32,000 bases of DNA from assembly GCA_000166095.1 (NCBI GenBank), contig CP002278.1, forward strand, positions 1,020,001-1,052,000. Direction: 5' to 3'. The DNA comes from Methanothermus fervidus DSM 2088. Lineage in GTDB: Archaea; Methanobacteriota; Methanobacteria; DSM-2088; Methanothermaceae. Shown in pieces: positions 27,209-32,000 of this stretch. A model generated the notes under the pieces. That model saw only the letters and a program-made list of their open reading frames with translations. It made no database searches and was not told the origin of the DNA. The stretch's first letter is position 1, and the number at the start of each line of letters is the position of its first letter. The translations under genes and the position numbers were made by a program.

Positions 27209-28126
27209 TTGTGTGGAATAGCAGGGATCGTATGTAAAGATAAAAAAGTGCATAATGTAGGTAAATTGATGACTAAAATGCTTCAAACACTACAACATAG
27301 AGGCCCTGATTCTGCAGGTTTTGCAATATATGGTGGATTAAAATTGAAAAAAAATGAATATTTATTAAACATTGAAGTAAAAGAAAAACCAGGATTACTA
27401 GATAGTGTCAAAAAAGTTATAGAGAGTGTCACAAAAATAAAAAAAGAAAAAATAATTCCTTCAGTTGAAGAATATGTTATTTATCGTTGTATAATCACCC
27501 TAAACTCATATTCAGAATTAAAACCATTAATAGTTGAGATAGATAAAATAGAAGGTGCAACTGTACTTAGTGGAAGCCATTCATTTGAGATGATAAAAGA
27601 TGTTGGGTCTGTAGTTGAAATTGCTGATCGCTATGATACATGGTCAAAGAAAGGTACTCATGCCATAGGTCATACAAGGTTTTCAACAGAGAGTATTGTA
27701 GATAGGTATCATGCACACCCATTCCAAAGTTATATAGTCCCTGATATTACAGTTGTTCATAATGGTCAAATAACAAATTATTGGAAAATAAGAGATCCTT
27801 TAGAAAGGAAAGGTCACATATTTGAAACAACAAACGATACAGAATGTATAGTTCATTATATAGCCGATAAACTTGCAGATGGATATTCTCTTGAAGAAGC
27901 ATTAGAAGAATCTGTTAAAGACATGGATGGTCCATTTTCTTATATTATAGCCACTCCAACAGGTATAGGAATTGCAAAAGATAAACTTGGCTTACGTCCT
28001 GGAGTAATGGCAGAAGATGACAATGTTTTTGCAATAGCATCTGAAGAAGTAGCATTAAGAGAAGTTGTAGATACTAGGTGTGTAGAACAAATAAACCCTG
28101 GTGAAGTAAGGGTTTATGAATTTTAA
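27209..28126 (+). CDS. Glutamate synthase, class-II glutamine amidotransferase subunit (archaeal split type)
   Basis: TTG-initiated MCGIAGIVCKDKK with N-terminal Cys nucleophile, LQHRGPDSAGFAIYGG, IGHTRFSTES, VVHNGQITNYWKIR; SD AAGGAGGT. Confidence 0.9.
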   Translation: MCGIAGIVCKDKKVHNVGKLMTKMLQTLQHRGPDSAGFAIYGGLKLKKNEYLLNIEVKEKPGLLDSVKKVIESVTKIKKEKIIPSVEEYVIYRCIITLNSYSELKPLIVEIDKIEGATVLSGSHSFEMIKDVGSVVEIADRYDTWSKKGTHAIGHTRFSTESIVDRYHAHPFQSYIVPDITVVHNGQITNYWKIRDPLERKGHIFETTNDTECIVHYIADKLADGYSLEEALEESVKDMDGPFSYIIATPTGIGIAKDKLGLRPGVMAEDDNVFAIASEEVALREVVDTRCVEQINPGEVRVYEF

Positions 28127-28148
28127 TCTACAATCATAAGGTGACTAT

Positions 28149-28838
28149 ATGAAAGAAGTAGTTATTGATGCTGAATCAAAAACCCCTAGAGAGGTCAATA
28201 GTTCTTTAAAAAAATTAGCAGAAAAATATGATAGGATAATTATCGAAAATCCTAATGCAATGCATTATCTTGCAGCAGGGCTTACTAAAAAAGTTGAAGT
28301 TATTATTAATGGATCTGCAGGGTACTTTGTAGGAACAATGATTCATGGCCCAAAAATAGAAGTAAAAGGAAATGCTGGCTGGTTCCCTGCAGATAATATG
28401 ACTAAAGGCAAAGTTATAATTCATGGATCAGCTGGAGACGGAGTTGGGCAGGGAATATATGGAGGTACAGTGATTGTAAAAGGAGATGCAGGGTCAAGAA
28501 CTGGAGAGATAATGAAAAATGGGACAATAATAATTGGTGGCAACTCTGGATTTATGACAGGTCTTTTTATGATGGGTGGACGCATTGTTGTTTTAGGAGA
28601 TTTAGGAAAAGATGCTGGAGAGTCAATAATAAGAGGAAAAATTTATGTTAGAGGGGAAATACAAAGTTTAGGGAAAAATGCAAGAGTTGAAGAGATAAAC
28701 GTCAAAGACGAAGAAGAATTAAATAAAATATTGAATGAAAATGGATTCAACATAAAAAAATCAGAATATGATGAATTTAAAAAAATTGTTCCAAAAAGTA
28801 AAAGACCATTTTATGGTAAACAATCGGAGGAAGGATAA
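28149..28838 (+). CDS. Glutamate synthase GXGXG (alpha-subunit C-terminal-like) subunit
   Basis: Repeated G-rich beta-helix pattern: IINGSAGYFVGTMIHGPKIEVKGNAGWFPADNMTKGKVIIHGSAGDGVGQGIYGGTVIVKGDAG. Confidence 0.88.
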   Translation: MKEVVIDAESKTPREVNSSLKKLAEKYDRIIIENPNAMHYLAAGLTKKVEVIINGSAGYFVGTMIHGPKIEVKGNAGWFPADNMTKGKVIIHGSAGDGVGQGIYGGTVIVKGDAGSRTGEIMKNGTIIIGGNSGFMTGLFMMGGRIVVLGDLGKDAGESIIRGKIYVRGEIQSLGKNARVEEINVKDEEELNKILNENGFNIKKSEYDEFKKIVPKSKRPFYGKQSEEG

Positions 28839-28840
28839 AA

Positions 28841-29917
28841 ATGGGTGGTGAAGATAAGATTGCGATGGTAGGCACTCCCTGTCAAATAATAGCAGCAACA
28901 CTTATGGAAAAATATTCATCACAACTTAAAAGGAATTTCCCGATTGATATAAAGATAGGTTTGTTTTGTATGGAAAATTTTTCTTATGAATATCTCAAAA
29001 AACTGTTACATTCATATGGAATAAAATTTCGAGATGTAGTTTCATGTAGAATAGAAGGAAGCAATGCATACTTTCATCTCATAAATAAAGACGTTGTTTC
29101 CATACCTCTCAGTACTTTAAGAAAAAGTATGCGTAAAAGCTGTAAAATTTGTATGGATTTTACATCTGAACTAGCTGATATATCAGTAGGTTCTGTAGGT
29201 TCTCCAAAAGGATGGTCAACAGTAATCATAAGATCTGAAAAAGGTTTAAAATTAGTTGAAAAAGCTAAAAAAGCTAAATACATTGAAACAAAAATGTTAG
29301 ATGCAGACAGATTAAATTTAATAGAAAAGTTAGCTAAAATTAAAAAAAATAAAAATCTTGAAGAAATTAAAAATAGGGAAAGAGTGGCAAGACCTGTTAT
29401 GTATTGGAGAATCATGCCTGAAGAAATTTTTCTTAATGAAGTAGAAAATTATCAATTTAAGGATTTAAAGGGAGACGTTATAGATGTAGGCGCTTGTGTA
29501 TTATGTGGAGCCTGTTTCTTTTCCTGTCCTGAAGATATCATAAAAATTGAAGATAGGAAACCAGAAATAAACGGTAAATGTCCTCCAGGTTGCAATGCTT
29601 GTTATATAGCATGTCCAAGATCATATGTGCCTGATTGTATAGTAAATCATGAAGATGCATATTCGGCATTGGGAAATTATATAGAAATAATATCTGCTAG
29701 ATCTCCGTTTTTTAAAGGACAAGATGGTGGTGTAGTAACAGCATTATTAGCTTGTGCATTGTCTGAAAAAATAGTAAACAAAGTATTAATAGTAGATAAG
29801 GATCCTGAAAAGCCATGGAAACCTTTACCAATCCTCACAGATAAAATTGACGATGTTGTAAAGGCATCTGGTACTAAATATTCTGTATGTCCTATATTCA
29901 AAGCATTAAAAGAATAA
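28841..29917 (+). CDS. FrhB/FdhB-like F420-interacting flavoprotein with ferredoxin domain, apparently circularly permuted
   Basis: Begins with C-domain (KIAMVGTPCQIIAA...KIGLFCMENFSYEY...CKICMDFTSELADISVGSVGSPKGWSTVIIR), then CVLCGACFFSCP/CPPGCNACYIACPRS, and ends with N-domain (ISARSPFFKGQDGGVVTALLACALSEKIVNKVLIV...ASGTKYSVCPIFKALKE). Confidence 0.88.
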   Translation: MGGEDKIAMVGTPCQIIAATLMEKYSSQLKRNFPIDIKIGLFCMENFSYEYLKKLLHSYGIKFRDVVSCRIEGSNAYFHLINKDVVSIPLSTLRKSMRKSCKICMDFTSELADISVGSVGSPKGWSTVIIRSEKGLKLVEKAKKAKYIETKMLDADRLNLIEKLAKIKKNKNLEEIKNRERVARPVMYWRIMPEEIFLNEVENYQFKDLKGDVIDVGACVLCGACFFSCPEDIIKIEDRKPEINGKCPPGCNACYIACPRSYVPDCIVNHEDAYSALGNYIEIISARSPFFKGQDGGVVTALLACALSEKIVNKVLIVDKDPEKPWKPLPILTDKIDDVVKASGTKYSVCPIFKALKE

Positions 29918-29933
29918 ATAAGGAGATAATTAT

Positions 29934-31433
29934 ATGCCATTCAAAGTTGAAAGAAAAGAAAACATATGTAAAAGAGATTTTGACAGGCCTGGTTGTTGTT
30001 GGTATCTTTGTGATAATAGAGATGAAAATTTATGTAAAGATTGTTTTTCATGCTATAACAACTGCCCTCACAATGTTTATGAAATTATTAATGGTGAACC
30101 ATTCCCAATATGGCATGAAAGATGTGTTGGATGTCGTATATGTGAAGAAATGTGTCCTAATAATGCAATAGAAGTTCACGCAGTACCTGAAGACAGAAGG
30201 AATGTCTGGTCATATGCTGATTTAGTGGAAATACAGAGAAAAGCTGAAGAAGGAACATATAAAGTTAGAGGATGTGGAGCAACAAGAAAAGTTCCTACCT
30301 TTGATGATCTTGTAATTGTACCTGCACAAGTTTCAAGGCCTCCTATAGATAAATACAGAGAACCATGTAATACCAAAGTTGTTTTAGGAGATAGGTATGC
30401 TGAAAAACCTTTAGAATTAGATACTCCAATAATGATAGCCGCAATGTCCTTTGGGGCAATTAGTAAGGAAGCCAAAATAGCATTGGCAATGGGTGCAACA
30501 TTGGCAGGTACAGCCACAAACACAGGCGAAGGAGGCATGTTACCTGAAGAAAGAAAATATGCTTCAAAACTTATAGCACAGTATGCATCAGGGCGTTTTG
30601 GTGTATCAGCTGAATATCTCAACAATGCAGATGCTATAGAAATTAAAATAGGTCAGGGTGCAAAAGCAGGAATGGGAGGACATTTATTAGGAGAAAAGGT
30701 TGTAGCTGAAGTAGCAGAGATAAGAATGATACCAGAAGGTACGGATGCCCTTAGTCCTGCAAGACATATGGATATAGTTGGACCTGAAGATCTCAGCATG
30801 AAAATTTCACAACTACGAGAAATAACAGACTGGAAGGTGCCAATAATAGTTAAATTCACATCAGGGCGTGTAAGTGACGATGTAAAAATTGCTGCGAAGG
30901 CAGGAGCAGATATTGTCGTCGTTGATGGTATGCAAGGAGGTACTGGAGCAGGGCCAGACGTTGTAACAGAACATGCTGGAATTCCAACAATAGCAGCTAT
31001 AGTAGAAGCAGATGAAGCTTTAAAAGAAATTAATTTAAGAGATGAAGTTAGTTTAGTTGCAGCTGGAGGTATAAGAAGCGGAGCAGATGTTGCAAAAGCT
31101 ATAGCATTGGGTGCAGATGCTGTATATATTGGAACAGCTGCATTAGTAGCTATAGGTTGTAGAGTTTGTCAAATGTGTCACACAGGCAAATGTAGAAAAG
31201 GAATTGCAACTCAAGATCCTATATTAAGAAGACGTCTAGATTATGTAGAAGGAGGAAAAAGAGTTGCAAGATATATTGAAGCAATGACAGAAGAACTCAA
31301 AATGTTAACTCAACAAGCTGGAAATACTGACGTTAGAAAATTAGAAAAAGATGATCTTAGAGCATTGAATTTAGAGGCAGCTGCGTTAACTGGTGTTAAA
31401 ATGGCTGGAATGGATGCACCACTCAAAATTTAG
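29934..31433 (+). CDS. gltB: Glutamate synthase large (FMN/synthase) subunit, archaeal type, with 4Fe-4S domains
   Basis: CVGCRICEEMCPNNAIEV; DTPIMIAAMSFGAISKEAKIALA; GEGGMLPEE; IVVVDGMQGGTGAGPDVVTEHAGIPT; CRVCQMCHTGKCRKGIATQDP. Confidence 0.93.
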   Translation: MPFKVERKENICKRDFDRPGCCWYLCDNRDENLCKDCFSCYNNCPHNVYEIINGEPFPIWHERCVGCRICEEMCPNNAIEVHAVPEDRRNVWSYADLVEIQRKAEEGTYKVRGCGATRKVPTFDDLVIVPAQVSRPPIDKYREPCNTKVVLGDRYAEKPLELDTPIMIAAMSFGAISKEAKIALAMGATLAGTATNTGEGGMLPEERKYASKLIAQYASGRFGVSAEYLNNADAIEIKIGQGAKAGMGGHLLGEKVVAEVAEIRMIPEGTDALSPARHMDIVGPEDLSMKISQLREITDWKVPIIVKFTSGRVSDDVKIAAKAGADIVVVDGMQGGTGAGPDVVTEHAGIPTIAAIVEADEALKEINLRDEVSLVAAGGIRSGADVAKAIALGADAVYIGTAALVAIGCRVCQMCHTGKCRKGIATQDPILRRRLDYVEGGKRVARYIEAMTEELKMLTQQAGNTDVRKLEKDDLRALNLEAAALTGVKMAGMDAPLKI

Positions 31434-32000
31434 TAAGATAATGCAAAAGAATTTTCAATTATTTTTCTTTCTACTCTACTTAAAAATATTCTCATTTTTA
31501 ACAATTTATCTATATTTGTTGAAATTGAATCTACACCCATATATATTAATTTTTCAACAATTCTTTCTTCAGTGGCTGCATACCCTGCAACACAACTTTC
31601 AACATTTCTTTCATTACATTTTTTTATAATATAAGATGCTATTTTTAAAATTGATGGATGTAAGAAATTAAACAGTTTAGCAACTTTTACCCCTCTCCTA
31701 TCAACAGCTAAAGTACACATTGTTATGTCACTGAGACCTATAGACACAAAATCAGATCCAACGTCTAAGAATTTATCTATCTGCAATGCACTTCCAGGAG
31801 TTTCTATTGATACTCCAACTTTAATATCTCTATGTGGTTTTAGGCCCATTTTATTAAGAATTGATTTGACCATTAAATATTCAGATATATCTCTCACAAA
31901 AGGTACCTTCAGAGCAATGTTTGAATAACCTTCATCAATTAACTCTATTAGAGCTTTTAACTCAGCTTTTAAAATTTCAGTTTCTTTTAGATCTCTCGTA
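31430..32000 (-). CDS. ppsA: Phosphoenolpyruvate synthase, C-terminal TIM-barrel part (truncated by window edge)
   Basis: Frame is open to the edge: RDLKETEILKAELKALIELIDEGYSNIALKVPFVRDISEY...DIKVGVSIETPGSALQIDKFLDVGSDFVSIGLSDITMCTLAVDR...HPSILKIASYIIKKC. The track start at 31897 is internal. Confidence 0.85.
   Translation of the reverse strand, partial: TRDLKETEILKAELKALIELIDEGYSNIALKVPFVRDISEYLMVKSILNKMGLKPHRDIKVGVSIETPGSALQIDKFLDVGSDFVSIGLSDITMCTLAVDRRGVKVAKLFNFLHPSILKIASYIIKKCNERNVESCVAGYAATEERIVEKLIYMGVDSISTNIDKLLKMRIFLSRVERKIIENSFALSY

Noticed and set aside
30176-30625. 149-aa minus-strand ORF inside gltB
   Set aside because: Shadow ORF of a strongly conserved coding region; no recognisable domain.
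31430-31897. ORF track's 155-aa protein as a complete small gene
   Set aside because: The reading frame continues to the window edge with clear PEP-synthase sequence (EILKAELKALIELIDEGY...VPFVR), so it is the 3' end of a larger gene.
1-32000. CRISPR array, defence island or prophage
   Set aside because: No regularly spaced direct repeats, cas, restriction, integrase or phage structural genes found; PMBR/transglutaminase domains also occur in methanogen phages but no other phage genes flank 8027-10294.
1-32000. tRNA or rRNA genes
   Set aside because: No GGTTCRANNC-type T-arm with matching acceptor stem or rRNA-like GC-rich stretch was recognised by eye in the intergenic regions; a tRNAscan/Infernal run would be needed to exclude them.

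Overview
AT-rich archaeal window. The gene content points strongly to a pseudomurein-walled methanogen of the Methanobacteriales: methanogenesis marker proteins, Ftr-like, EhaR-like, Nob1, and a pseudomurein-binding/transglutaminase surface protein. No tRNA, rRNA, CRISPR array or intact mobile element was recognised. Main blocks: (1) bases 1-7536, minus strand, a surface-glycan operon of seven tightly packed genes (two GT4, GT2, two SDR epimerases, two tandem paralogous polytopic GT-C-like proteins). (2) 7930-10340, a secreted cell-wall protein (TIM-barrel glycosidase-like domain + four PMBR-like repeats + transglutaminase-type endoisopeptidase) with a very strong 5'-leader hairpin and an ambiguous start codon. 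(3) 10412-13654, radical SAM protein, MFS exporter with a dyad over its inferred TSS/SD, Nob1, isochorismatase-like hydrolase. (4) 13780-19926, DUF2117 protein and methanogenesis-marker genes (mmp2, mmp3, mmp6, DUF2111, mmp5, mmp15). (5) 19927-23808, minus strand: divergent Ftr paralog, EhaR-like HAD protein, PfkB kinase, a 94-aa protein with a ParB-like N-terminal motif, and ParA. (6) B12/radical SAM protein, DUF2142-like membrane protein. (7) 27209-31433, archaeal-type split glutamate synthase with an FrhB-like subunit whose domains appear circularly permuted. (8) partial PEP synthase C-terminus at the right edge. The best candidates for something under-described are the permuted FrhB-like glutamate-synthase partner, the ParA + mini ParB/SegB-like protein pair, and the GH-like/PMBR/endoisopeptidase fusion. 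All family assignments are from reading the translated sequence; no database search was run.
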